64,000 bases of DNA from the NCBI GenBank assembly GCA_951406725.2, contig OX597814.1, forward strand, positions 6,324,001 to 6,388,000, read 5' to 3'. A model generated the notes under the pieces. That model was given only the letters and a program-made list of their open reading frames with translations, searched no databases and had not been told where the DNA came from. The DNA comes from Octopus vulgaris (Eukaryota). Position 1 is the first letter of the stretch, and the number at the start of each line of letters is the position of its first letter. Shown here in pieces: positions 36,528 through 49,129 of the stretch. Made by a program: the position numbers and the translations under genes.

Positions 36528-37161
36528 GTACATGTGTTTATTTGGCAAAGAAAAAGAAAAAAAATACCATCCCGAAATACAACAATATCTCTTTCAACAC
36601 ATAATTTCACATCAGGAATCTTGCAAAATGAATGAATAATTTCATATATATTGAAACTCCATGACAACTGGACATGAATATTCAACATTTTTATAATACT
36701 GAAACTATCAAAATACCTGGACGGTTGCTTGAAAACTATGTTAATTCCAGGAAATTCAACACAAACTCCAAGCTGGGGCCCCCTGATGAGGTTATCCAGT
36801 GTGGTAGAAATAACAGGCAAATCTTCATCAAACCAGACCCTAATGTCTGGACAAAGGGCCATATTAGGTTATGTAGTCCAAGATACACTAAACCTAATAA
36901 AACTGTTGGGTGGTCATGGTTAGAATGTCTTTCATTGTAGTCTTGCTTTTTGAAGGCCAACTACATTTTTGTAAAGATTTAGTTAGCGGAGGGGAGCAAC
37001 CATGATCTTCTCTCTTTATCAAGAGGTGGGGTGAGGGAAGAAATTGTCCTATGAATGAAAACCTGGTCTCATTGCTAACAATCATCATCATCATCATCGT
37101 TTAATGTCTGCTTTCCATGCTAGCATGGGTTAACAACATTTTGGAAGCAATGTAATCCAGT

Positions 37162-37428
37162 TTGTTGTTTGTTCCTTCTCGAGCCATGCCTGGCTCATAA
37201 GGGCCGGTTTCCCGGTTTCCTTGGCATATAGGTTCCCCACCTGGATGGGACGCCAGTGAGAGAAAGTTGTGGCGAAAGAATCAGCAGAAGTTTCGCCATT
37301 ACCTTCTGCTGGAGCTGCGTGGATCTTGGGTGTTTCGTTCCTAAAAACACACATCGCCCGGTTTGAGATTCGAACCTGCGATCCCTCAATTGTGAGTCCG
37401 CTGCTCTAACCACTAGGCCATGTGCCTC
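37162..37428 (-). mobile_element. tRNA-SINE family C, tail type 2, with a 14-bp TSD
   Basis: TSD caatgtaatccagt at 37148-37161 and 37429-37442. Confidence 0.9.
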
Positions 37429-37937
37429 CAATGTAATCCAGTGTTACATTAACAAAGCAAGGGATGGTTATAAGAAGAGAAAGTAATCTATATCAACGAA
37501 AAATCAATCAAAAGTGGGTTGATATTGAGGAATATTATCTAAATGTGTTATCAAGATCAAATGAAAGTTTGTCTTGTGATGCTGACAAATTACTTTAGAA
37601 ACTTGTTCACTACAAAGATGTGAAGCCTAATTCTATTGCTGCATTTAGATATGAAAAATAATTGACATCAATAAAGGGCAAGATCGATAACAAGTTTATA
37701 ACGAACACACAAGTAATTAAGTATACGTGTGTATGTGCATATACACACACACACACACACACACCTATAACACTTGAAATGAAATCTCTTTGAATAACTG
37801 GCTGCACTTGACTGTGTGAAGAACTTTATTAAAAGACATCTAAAAGTATACAGGGCTGCAAAAGTATATATATACAGGCATGGCCATTTGGTTAAGGAGC
37901 TTTTGCAAGGCCTTGGGAGTGAATTCATCATCCTCAT

Positions 37938-38671
37938 TTAACCCTTTTGATACCAACCCGCCTGAAACCGCCTCTGGCTCTGTAATACAAATGTCTTGTT
38001 TTAAAAAATCTGAATTAAAATCTTCCTCCAAACCTTAGTCACAATTTATGTTCCTAACACTAGCTGAATGATGACTATGTTATTTTACTAAATTCTTTGT
38101 TATATTTAAAGTAATTGAAAGAAACCCAGAGCATCTCAACAGAAATATGGTAACAAAAGGGTTAAAATATATAATAGAGAAACAATTCTTAGCCCTTTTG
38201 ATACCAACCTGGCTGAAACCACCTCTGGCTTTGTAGTACAAATGTCTTGTTTTCATAAGTTTTGAATGAAAATCTTCCACCAAACCTTAGTCACAATTTA
38301 TGTTCCTAACACTAGCTGAATGATGACTACGTCATTTTACTAAATTCTTTGTTATATTTAAAGTAATCGAAAGAAACACAGAGCATCTCAACAGAAATAT
38401 GGTTAACAAAAGGGTTAAAATATATAATAGAGTAACAATTCTTAGCCCTTTTGATACCAACCTGGCTGAAACCACCTCTGGCTTTGTAGTACAAATGTCT
38501 TGTTTTCATAAATTTTGAATGAAAATCTTCCACGAAACCTTAGTCACAATTTATGTTCCTAACACTAGCTTAATGATAACGGAGTCTTTTTACTAAATTC
38601 TTTGTTATATTTAAAATTAATTGAAAGAAACACAGAGCATCTCAACAGAAATATGGTAATGAAAGGGTTAA
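37938..38671. mobile_element. Three tandem piggyBac-type (TTAA) MITEs, period about 253 bp
   Basis: TTAA/TTAG-CCCTTTTGATACCA...TGGTAACAAAAGGG-TTAA units at 37938, 38189 and 38442, with a duplicated spacer. Confidence 0.88.
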
Positions 38672-38994
38672 CGTGTGTTTCCCCATGCTGGCATGGGTTG
38701 GACAGTTTGACAGGAACTGGCAACTTAGAAGACTACACCAAACTCCACTGGCATGGTTTCTATGGATACAAGTTAAAATCCAAGCTGTATCCTCGTGAAG
38801 CAGGTTCCAATAATGAAATGTATGTATGGAGAAGATTCATTAGAAACGAGCAATAGAAACTAGTTGAAAGTTCTGGTGAATTATATTGGCAGAGGAAGTA
38901 TATATTTGCATCTAAGACTAGAAAGTTTGGTATATTTCTAATTCCATGTTACACTTGTTGCATTAAGGGATAGGAAATACATTATGAATATTAA

Positions 38995-39530
38995 TCATCA
39001 TCATCATCCTCATCGTTTAACGTCCACTTTCCATGCTAGCATGGGTTGGACGATTCTGACTGAGGACTGGTGAACCAGATGGCTGCACCAGGTTTCAATT
39101 TTGATCTGGCAGAGTTTCTACAGCTGGATGCCCTTCCTAATGTTAACCACTCCAAGAGTGCAGTAGGTGCTTTTTATGTGCCACTGGCATGGGGGCCAGT
39201 CAGGTGGTACTGCCCTTTATTGATGTCAATGACAAGGCGGCGAGCTGGCAGACACGTTAGCACACCGGGCGAACTGCTTAGAGGTATTTCGTCTGCGTTA
39301 CATTGTGAGTTCAAATTCCGCCGAGGTCGACTTTACCTTTCATCCTTTCGGAGTCGATAAATTAAGTACCAGCTACGCACTGGGGTCGATGTAATCGACT
39401 TAATACCTATGTCTGTCCGTGTTTGTCCCCTCTGTGTTTAGCCCCTTGTGGGTAATAAAGAAATAGGTACTGGCAATGACCTCGCTTGAATCTTTTTACA
39501 CATGCCACTGGCACAGGTGCCAGTAAAGCA
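38995..39530 (-). mobile_element. RTE 3'-end copy interrupted by a family B SINE (39234-39467, plus)
   Basis: The RTE sequence resumes at ggtactggcaatgac after the SINE. Confidence 0.88.
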
Positions 39531-39830
39531 TCATCATCATCATCATCATCATTTAACATCCTTGTTCCATGCTAGGATAGGTTAGATGGCTTGATAGGAT
39601 CCAAGTATGGAACCAAGTTCTAATGGTTGCCTTGACATGGATTTTACAGCTGGATGCCTTTCTTAACAGCATCCATTTCATAGCATGGACTGGGTACCAT
39701 TCTTTTATTTTTTTTGTACCCTCAGCACTACTGAAATGATCATGTGGTTTGTAGGACTATGAGCCATGAAGGAGGTTGGGGGTTCAGCTTTATGCTAGGG
39801 ACCAAGGGGATTACTAGGAGAGAGACATAT

Positions 39831-40103
39831 ATCATCACCATCATCATCATCGTCGTGGTTTAACGTTCGCTTTCCATGCTCGCATGGGTTGGATGGCTTG
39901 ACTGAGAAGTGGCTCTCCAGGCTCCAATCTGATCTGGCAAAGTTTCTACACTTGGATGCCCTTCCTAATGCCAACCACTCCGAGTGTGTAGTGGGTGCTT
40001 TTACGTGGCACTGGCACGGGAGCCAGTCAGGCCGTTCTGGCAACGACCATGCTCAAAAGGTGTTTTTTACGTGTTACCTGCATGGGAGCCAGTCTGGCAG
40101 CAC
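39831..40103 (-). mobile_element. RTE 3'-end copy
   Basis: Canonical tail and core. Confidence 0.88.
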
Positions 40104-40124
40104 TATAATATATATATATATGTA

Positions 40125-40375
40125 AGTATGACTGTAACGATATCTAGATGTCACATGGTGATTGTAAACAAGCATCATTGTTATATGAGTGGGGTTGTTC
40201 ATTTCTAGCTGTGTAAAATGTATCTGAGTATGGGAGCGGGGGATATTACCTAGCTTGGAAACAGGTGAGGAATGGTAACTGGAAGGGCATTCAGCTGCAG
40301 CAAAAAATAATTCTGACTCATCTGGTCAGTGTAAGTATGGAAAAGTGGACATTAAATGATGATGATGATGATGAT
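40125..40375 (+). mobile_element. Old SINE body + RTE-like tail
   Basis: gcttggaaacaggtgaggaatggtaactggaagggcatt...gaaaagtggacattaaatgatgatg. Confidence 0.65.
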
Positions 40376-40921
40376 ATTTACAAGTATCTCTCCAACAGAA
40401 AATGTGTGACACCCATTCAATGTTCCTGACATAACAAGTCTCTGACAGTAAACACAACAAAATAGACCCATTTTTACCTCCATCAGTGCACACACACACA
40501 CACTCACAAGAGAATATACTTGTCTAACATTGTAGTATTGTCCCCACTCCAGCTTCCATAATATTTGTCTGAGTTTTCAGGCGTATGATAATAACTGAAA
40601 TATATTTTTGTATAAGTTGAAATATAATTTATTATTTTTCTCTGTGTGTGTGTGTTTTACCTTCATCAGGTAAAACAACACACCAGGGGGCAGCATTTAC
40701 TGCTAAAATATTTCAGGAAGCTTGAAATGTTTTAGTTTCTCCTCTTCACAAATTCACACACTTAATCACTTTCCTATTTTGAGTGAGGGAGTAATAACAA
40801 TGCAGTGACTTGTACTTTTAAACTGTAAACTATTTATAAAGTACTTGAATGACAACCGCAGACATGAACTGCTGTTGAAGATGTGCGTCTGAATGATGTC
40901 ACTCACTTGAGTAAATTCACT

Positions 40922-41482
40922 ATCATCATCATCGTTTAACATCCGCTTTCCATGCTAGCATGGGTTGGATGATTTTGACTGAGGTCTGCCAAACCAGATG
41001 GCTGCACCAGGCTTCAGTCTTGATCTGGCAGAGTTTCTACAGCTGGATGCCCTTCCTAATGCCAACCACTCCGAGAGTGTAGTGGGTGGTTTTTATGTGA
41101 CACCGGCACGGAAGCCAGTCAGGCGATACTGGCAATGACCTCGCTTGAATCTTTTTACACATGTCACTGGTACAGGTGCCAGTAAGGCGACGTTGGTAAT
41201 TATCACGCTCGAATGGGGCCATTTTATGTGCCACGGCACGGGGGCCAGTCAGGCGGTACTGGCAATGGCCTCGCTTGAATCTTTTTACACATGCCACCAG
41301 CACAGGTGCCAGTAAGGCGACATTGGTAATTATCACGCTCGAATGGTGTCCTTTTTCATGCCACGGCACGGGGGCCAGTCAGGCGGTACTGGCAATGACC
41401 TTGCTCGAATCTTTTTACACATGCCACCGGTACAGGTGCTAGTAAGGCAACGTTGGTAACGATCACGCTCAAATGGTGCCCT
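40922..41482 (-). mobile_element. RTE 3'-end copy with three ~130-bp higher-order units
   Basis: ggcacg...ccagtcaggcggtactggcaatg..ctcgcttgaatctttttacacatg...tcacgctcgaatgg is repeated. Confidence 0.9.
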
Positions 41483-41700
41483 TCTAGGTTAAAAACCAAA
41501 ATTTTTAGGGCTGTAATGCTCATAAATTTTAAAACATTTTGTAAAAGGTACAGTTTCCTCTACAACAAGAAGAAATTGTTGAGAAGCAAAATCTTCAAAC
41601 AGATTCTAACAGGATTGAAGAAACAACAAATTAGAAGCAGAAATTCAGAATATCAAAATTAAAACATAATTTTTGAAAGAAACATTAAAAAATTAGTTAC

Positions 41701-41952
41701 TTGAACCCTTTTGATACCAATGCACCCAAAACTACCCCTAATTTTATGATGCAAGTTCCTTTCACCAAAATCTAACGTTAATTTTATTTCCTGCACCAGC
41801 TTTTAATGACAAAGTTATTTTACTAAATTCTTCAATATTTTACTAAATTCTTCAATATTTTACTAAATTTTACTAAATTCTTCAATGTTTTCGGAATAAA
41901 ATTAAATAAAAACCATGTATTTCAACAGGAATATGGTAACAAAAGGGTGTAA
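41701..41952. mobile_element. Degenerate piggyBac-type MITE with an internal 20-bp tandem repeat
   Basis: Same family as 37938; (ttttactaaattcttcaata)n. Confidence 0.7.
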
Positions 41953-42476
41953 TGATGAAGATCATGGTTTTATGTGCATTCTTTAAGCAGACAGGAATCT
42001 TAAATGGTTTTATGAAGCTAGTTTGAAAATAGCAATTAGCTTGTTTTGAGAATAATCAACCATAATATCATAATCTTTGGTGCTAATCAGTATAAGACTG
42101 GTTGTTCAGTTGCTGAATGCAAATTGAACTCAAGAATTCGGTTGAACTTATGGCCAAGGAGAACAACTACCATTATCAGTTATATTAATAATGTTGACAA
42201 TAAAAAAAAAAAAAATCAATACTTTTTTTTTTTTTTAATTATAAATTCTATGTTCAGAAATGCAGAACTGGAGAGACATTATTTGGAAATGGAAACTGGT
42301 TAAACTATGGAACTGCTTTTATTCCGATCACAATTAGTATGAAAGAGTACAAACTAAGATCAGACCCGAGAACTTTAGTTCAATAAATTAACAAATGATC
42401 AACTGAGAAGAGTAGTTTTACAAGTACCAAAATACTAACGAACTTGGCCGGGTTTTATTAGTATTGTCACATTTAC

Positions 42477-42590
42477 TTGTCGGGTATCCTTGGAAATGTC
42501 ACCATCATTCTGTCCTCACTGTAAACGTATTAGTACTCCATTCTCAACATCAATAATTGTACTCTTACCTGAAAATAAAGAAACACATAA
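42477..42590 (-). promoter_or_regulatory. Candidate recursive splice site / 92-nt exon (TTTCTTTATTTTCAG|GTAAGA ... CAA|GTAAAT)
   Basis: A strong acceptor is immediately followed by a strong donor at 42569/42568, with a second donor at 42476. Confidence 0.4.
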
Positions 42591-42607
42591 ATACTTAAGG
42601 ACATGTG

Positions 42608-42633
42608 TAATAATAATATTAATAATAATAGTA

Positions 42634-42675
<42 letters not shown>

Positions 42676-42737
42676 TTAATATTAATATTAATAATAATAA
42701 TATTAATAATAATAATAATAATATTAATAATAATAAT

Positions 42738-42768
<31 letters not shown>

Positions 42769-42860
42769 ATAATAATAGTAATAGTAATAATAATAATAAT
42801 AATAATATTAATAATAATAATAATAATATTAATAATAATAATATTAATAATAATAATAAT

Positions 42861-42903
<43 letters not shown>

Positions 42904-42986
42904 TTAATAATAATAATAATAATAATATTAATAATAATAATAATAATAATATTAATAATAATAATAATAATATTAATAATAATAAT

Positions 42987-43023
<37 letters not shown>

Positions 43024-43100
43024 TTAATAATAAAAATAGTAATAGTAATAATATTAATAATAATAATAATATTAATAATAATAATAATATTAATAATAAT

Positions 43101-43131
<31 letters not shown>

Positions 43132-43148
43132 TTAATAATAATAATAAT
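42608..43148. repeat. ~540-bp (AAT)n microsatellite with ATT/AGT interruptions
   Basis: Directly visible; source of the poly-N/I/L ORFs. Confidence 0.95.
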
Positions 43149-43149
43149 T

Positions 43150-43661
43150 CAAATAATACTTCAGACAAAGAACATGCCTCCTCATTGATATGACTGTCTC
43201 AATCTATATAAACGTATCTGTGAAGACCTACCAAAAACTGAGCAAATATAAAGATCTTGAAATAGAAATCAGCAAAATGTGGAAGCTGAAGACTAAAACA
43301 ATACCTGTTGTCATAGGTGCCCTAGGACTGATAGCAAAAGGGGCTGATTGCTACCTAACTCAGATACCAGGAAACCCCAAAATGGCATAAATTCAAAAGA
43401 TAGTGCTGATGGGAACTGCTCATATCCTACACAAAATACTTTCTATGTAATCTCTAGTTTTAAAACAAACACATAATTTTCGTATGGTTTTTTTAGACAT
43501 TCACTAGTACAACACTAAATACAAAACCAAATATATGGCACCCTAGGCATAACACCAACATGAACTTCTAACTTGTTGTCTCTTGAGGTCTCTGGGTGAG
43601 ACTTGGAGCCAACTTGTACAAATGTAAAGCAAAAGTCAAACATAGAATAATAATAATAATA
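43150..43661 (+). mobile_element. R4/Dong-like 3' end with an (AAT)n tail
   Basis: LIDMTV..KLSKYKDLEIEISKMW..TIPVVIGALG..IQKIVLMGTAHIL. Confidence 0.85.
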
Positions 43662-43721
43662 ATCAGCATGGTACCAGAGGCTACAGACATTACTTGAGTT
43701 TAAAAAAATAATGATAATAAT

Positions 43722-44805
43722 CATGTGGCCAGATATGTTGTGTGGTAAAGCAAATATTGAGAGAGCTGAACAATGGTATGAACACAAACCAGAGGGAGTA
43801 AAGGAAAACGAACATTACAAAATACTCAGGGATTTTAACATGTGGTGTGACCAAGTCATAGAGGTAAGATGACCAGATATCATGCTCATCCATCATCATC
43901 ATCATTTAACGTCCGTTTTCCATGCTGGCATGGGTTGGGAGGTTTGACTGGGAACTGGCAAGCCAGGAGGCCGTACCAGGCTCCAATCCGATCTGATAAT
44001 GTTTATACAGCTGGATGCCCTTCCTAATGCCAACCACTCTGAGAGCGTAGTGGGTGTTTTTTATATGCCACCGACATGGGAGCCAGTCAGGCGGCACTGG
44101 CAATGACCCATGCATGAATGGTGCTTATTACGTGCCACCAGCACAAGAGCCAGTCAGGCGGCACTGGCATTGGCCACAACTACAATTTCCACTTTTGATT
44201 GCGATTTGATTTTACTTGACTCCATAGGTTTCCTCAAGCACGGTGTGTCACCTAACGATTCAAAGGTACTTTTTAAATGTGCTGGTTATGCGACACTGGT
44301 ACAGGCTATGGCTCACTTTACTTGCTGGGTCTTCTCAATCACAGCATATCTCCATAAAGATGAATAAGAAGTAAAGATTATAGATGTTGCAATCACAGGC
44401 GATTCAAGGGTGAAATGTAAGGAATGAGAAAAGATTGAGAAATACTAGCCACTGCAGGACGGGGCAGGAAAGTTAAGGGACACGAGGAAAGTAATGGCGA
44501 TACTGGTAGTAATTGGAGCATTAGGACCAGTTTCCAAGGTTTTGAAAAACATATTAAGAATATTGGAGCCGCTGTCAGGTTCGAGGTGATCCAAAAGACA
44601 GCATTGTTGGATACAGCTCGCATTCTAAGGAGAGTATTGTCTCTTTGAATTAGAGGAGAGGGAACCACTTGAAACCTTTGGTGATTTGTTATTGCCTACT
44701 TTCAAGCAAAGAATAATTGGTAATTAAGAACTATCTGAGAGTCTTTCAGAATAACAACAACAATAATAATAATAATGATAATAATAATAACAACAATAAT
44801 AACAA
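43722..44805 (+). mobile_element. Second R4/Dong-like 3' end, interrupted by an RTE 3' copy (43888-44355, minus)
   Basis: QWYEHKPEGVKENEHYKIL.DF..PDI / IIDVAI.GD..EKIEKY..VVIGALG..IQKTALLDTARILRRVL; (AAT)n/(AAC)n tail. Confidence 0.82.
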
Positions 44806-45314
44806 CTAGCTGGACCTGTGAAAACTTCATGGAAAACATAAAAATTGTAAGCATCAGTAAATAGAGACTTTATTTAATAACCATTGAATAATTATGTATA
44901 AGCAGGACCCTGGGAAATGGTATGAAATACCAAAAATGTAAGCATCTTTAGTGACCATATTTAAGCGTGGAATAATTTTTGTTATTTTAGTGTTATACTA
45001 TTAATAATCATAAATTTTTAGACAAATAATTTGATATTTTTGAAATTCGACCGTTCATCTAAATACACACTGTACAATGCTCACTTCCAGAACCCCAAGC
45101 GTGAGTGTTGAAGGTTTTTCTGGGTTTTTTTTTAACTGGTAGCACCTGTAGGCAGTGAGTTCCACTCGCCCCCTTCCCAGAAGTTTTCTTGTCCTGCTAA
45201 CTGGCCTGAGTGTTGTTTGTAATTGACTGTGTTGAATTGGGGGTTGCTTCCCGAAGAAAGCAGTGAAGTATCCTGTGCTGAGGGTTGAACACTATTAGAC
45301 TGAATTGCTGTCAC

Positions 45315-45693
45315 AGCTTGTTTGTTTGTTGAGCGAAGAGGTCTTCATCCCACTGTAGTGGGAGAAGTCCGAAACGTGGTGCTTTGCTATTCGTAAGACC
45401 CGCAGAAGAGAAAGCAGGTCAACCCCCGACACCGAGAGCATCGACGGATGGATGAATGCGTATCCAGGCTCAGCGGTTGCGTAGGAAGTCGAGGACAAGA
45501 AACAGGAAGAAAGAGTGAGAGAAAGTTGGAGCGAAAGAGTACAACAGGGGTCGCCACCACCCCCTGCCGGAGCCTCGTGGAGCTTTAGGTGTTTTCGCTC
45601 AATAAACACACACAACACCCAGTCTGGGAATTGAAACCACGATCCTCTGAGCGCGAGTCCGCTGCCCTAACCACCGGGCCATTGCGCCTCCAC
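45315..45693 (-). mobile_element. tRNA-SINE family C, tail type 3, with a 10-bp TSD
   Basis: TSD ttgctgtcac at 45305-45314 and 45694-45703; terminal stem-loop CTTCTCCCAC-TACA-GTGGGATGAAG. Confidence 0.88.
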
Positions 45694-45875
45694 TTGCTGT
45701 CACTGCTGCGGATTATGGAGGTGGTAGTGATGCTGGCTGGTGTGATTTTGTGATTTGATGGTATGGTGGGGAGGGGGGGAAGGTGGCTGGAAGAGAGATC
45801 CAGTGGACGCCCAACTGGTTCTCTGGTCTTGAAGGTGTAATGGTGGAGCTGGCTGGGATGGTGATGGTAGTTGGT

Positions 45876-46090
45876 GCTGGTGAACTGGCAGAATCGTTAG
45901 CACACCAGGCGAAATGCTTAGTGGTATTTCGTCTGCCTCTACGTTCTGAGTTCAAATTCCACCGAGGTCAACTTTGCCTTTCATCCTTTGCCAGTTATGC
46001 ACTGGCGTCGATGTAATTGACTTAATCCGTTTGTCTGTCCTTGTTTGTCCCCTCTGTGTTTAGCCCCTTGTGGGTAATAAAGAAATAGGT
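45876..46090 (+). mobile_element. tRNA-SINE family B (small internal deletion)
   Basis: Matches 33081-33311. Confidence 0.88.
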
Positions 46091-46105
46091 CTTCCTCACA
46101 GCACT

Positions 46106-46420
46106 TCATCATCATCGTTTAACGTCCGTTCTCCATGCTAGCATGGGTTGGATGGTTCGACCGGGGATCTGGGAAGCCAGGAGGCTGCACCAGGCTCCGG
46201 TCTTATCTGGCAATGTTTCTACAGCTGGATGCCCTTCCTAACGCCAACCACTCCGTGAGTGTAGTGGGTGCTTTTTACGTGCCACCTGCACTGGTGCCAG
46301 GCGAGGCTGGCATCGGCCACGGTCGGATTGGTGCATTTTACGTGCCACCGGCACGGAAGCCAGTCGATGCGGCACTGGCTTCGGCCACGATTCGGATAGT
46401 GCTTTTTACGTGCCACCGAC
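46106..46420 (-). mobile_element. RTE 3'-end copy
   Basis: Near-identical subfamily to 31712-32040. Confidence 0.9.
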
Positions 46421-46949
46421 CACACCACATTCTTGGCCTTGTCTGTGAGTGTGACTGAGTGTCACAACTCTTACTTTGATATTGCTCATAGCTCTTTTGC
46501 TATGTGACAAATATATATTTGGCCATGAGAAAATACCGGTCGAGGCAAATGTATTCCAACTTTTCCAAATGTCTGCCCTTAAGTTTTGTTGTCATTGAAT
46601 ATGCAAATCAAAGAGGAAACTGAAGAATGGAAAGTTTGCATCATTTGGGCTAATTTTAATTCTGGGAATTAGAACTGTACGACCTCTGTTGCAGCCTGTT
46701 ACCATTGATGCCTGGACACAATGTTCATTGAAGTCTTTGCACCTTCATGCGAGTTCCATTACATAATGCTTGACTGATGAATAGACTTCTTAACAGCAGA
46801 AACAATAATCCCTGCCGTCTGTTGCTTTGCCGCTCACTTCAACCGTTCCTCTTCTGCTTAACTAACGCCCTTTATTTGTCTATTTTTTTTCTTCTTTGTA
46901 CCTCTCTCTTCAACTGTAAAAAAGCTGCAGTAGTTGTCACAGCTATTTG

Positions 46950-47265
<316 letters not shown>

Positions 47266-47299
47266 CTTTATTCACCATAAGGTTGAGAAAAAGAGGGGA

Positions 47300-48470
47300 C
47301 AAAACAAACGTTGGGGTCAGGGTATCGAATGAGACGAAACCTATGAATAAACAAACAATTAAAATATATACAATTAAATGAGAATGAGTGATTAACAAAA
47401 AATGAAGCGGAGGACGCGGTCGACCCCACAAACCACAAACTCACACTGAAGACTTTGCTTTCTCCTTTTTTACATTCTCGATTAAACAGGTTCTTTCACT
47501 CGCAACATACTTGCTATAGACTTTGCGACCGGCATTTCTTCTCCGGCCTTATTTCCCGTTTCATGTGCAAAACAAAAAAAGTCGATTAGCTGGAGACTGG
47601 AGGAGAGGCCGACAGACAGAATGAGAGTCAGGCAACATTTCTCTTTGCAATTTCCAGATTTTCAACTGCTTTATCATATATTGCGGAAAAGGTAAAGTTT
47701 TGCAGCGTTTTGTCTACAACAATATGAGAACGGGTTTCAGGTGTAACTTCGGTATAAGTAAGGCGTCGAGCTGGCAGAAACGTTAGCACATCGGGCGAAA
47801 TGCTTAGCGGTATTTCATCTGTCTTTACGTTTTGAGTTAAAATTCCGCCGAGGTCGACTTTGCCTTTCATCCTTTCGGGGTCGATAAATTAAGTACCAGT
47901 TACGCACTGGGGCCCATGTAATCGACTTAATACCTATGTCTGTCCTTGTTTGTCCCCTCTGTGTTTAGCCCCTTGTGGGTAATAAAGAAATAGGTATATG
48001 TACTGGATTCATTTGTGGGTAGTAAAGAAATAGTATTTTCTTTTATATATATGGTGGAGTAGGGAAGAAAAGGGTTACTGTTATCTTCAGAAATGTAAAC
48101 AAAGCCACTTCTGGTACTTACTAGTACCTATACCGAAGGAACGCCCAGTTTCATTCTGTTTCCCCATTATTCTCTATCCACTCCCTCCCTTCACTCAATC
48201 TCTCTAACTCTCTGTCTTTCCCCTCCCTCCTCCTCTATGTCTTCTTGCCTCTCATCGTTCAGCAGTAAGGAAAGGTAAAAATAATATCCAACATTTGCCG
48301 GGGGGGGGGGGGATTGTCTTTGATGTAACAATGTGTCGGGTGTATCTATGGATCTGATAAACCTTTAAAAACAGGAAACAAACGCCATCTTCCTTTCAGT
48401 CATCACTCACTATCTGTCTGTCTGTCTGTCCTATCTCTCACTTTGCCCCTCCCTTCAACTACACCTCCGC
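47300..48470. promoter_or_regulatory. Possible promoter / first-exon region
   Basis: Unique sequence with retained CpGs, minus-strand donors GTGAGT (47444-47439) and GTAAGT (48121-48116), a YY1-like CGCCATCTT (48383-48391) and flanking GA tracts. Confidence 0.35.
47761..47996 (+). mobile_element. tRNA-SINE family B
   Basis: Full-length match to the family. Confidence 0.9.
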
Positions 48471-48859
48471 TGCTTAACACCTTTCATTTCTCTTTATCTT
48501 TGTACCTCTGCCCTCAACTGTAGAAAAGTAACAGTAACATCCGGTTATTTGAGGGGAGAGAGAGAGAAAGAGAGAGGGAGAGAGAGAGAGGGAAGAGGGG
48601 CAAAGAGAGAGAGAAAGACAGACAGACAGAGGGAAGAGGGATAGAGAGAGACAGAGAGAAGAAGAGAGAGAGAGGGGGAAGAGGAGGAGAGAGAGACAGA
48701 GAGTGTTGTCCATTCTCTTTGGCGCTTTGCCTCTCATTTCCACCATACTTCTTCTGCTGAACAAGTTTTATTTCTCTCTTTTGACGTCTTCCTTTGAAGT
48801 GTGACACACATCACAGGTACATAACGTAAAAAGAAAAATTAGCATTTTAATATTTAGGA

Positions 48860-49066
48860 TAATAATCCTTTCTACTAAAGGCACAAGGCCTGAAATTTTG
48901 GGGGACCACCCCCTCCACAAATGATCGACTGGAACTTGATTTATTGACCCTAAAATGATGAAAGATAAAATCAACCTTGGTGGAATTTGAACTCAGAATG
49001 TGAAGACAGGCGAAATGCCACTAAGCATTTTGCCAGACGTGTTAACAACTCTGCCAGCTCACAACC
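48860..49066 (-). mobile_element. Family B SINE with the alternative tail
   Basis: Head and Meta-like domain as in family B; the tail reads ataatcctttctactaaaggcacaaggcctgaaatt on plus. Confidence 0.7.
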
Positions 49067-49129
49067 TTAGATAATAATGATGATGATGATGGTGATGATG
49101 ATGATAATGGTTGTGATAAGAAAACAATA

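Noticed and set aside
36783-36820. Other CTGATGA motifs (36783, 16207, 12689, 40653, 46774, 60558)
   Set aside because: No complete stem I/II/III with a correctly placed GAAA and UH.
36674-36940. 88-aa ORF vaguely like a Gypsy integrase C-terminus
   Set aside because: Similarity is limited to a W..G....PR pattern; no catalytic motifs.
42490-43193. Poly-Asn/Ile/Leu ORFs
   Set aside because: Translations of (AAT)n.
44803-45110. Helentron/DINE-like start (ACTAGC..small hairpin)
   Set aside because: No matching sub-terminal repeat or 3' hairpin could be identified.
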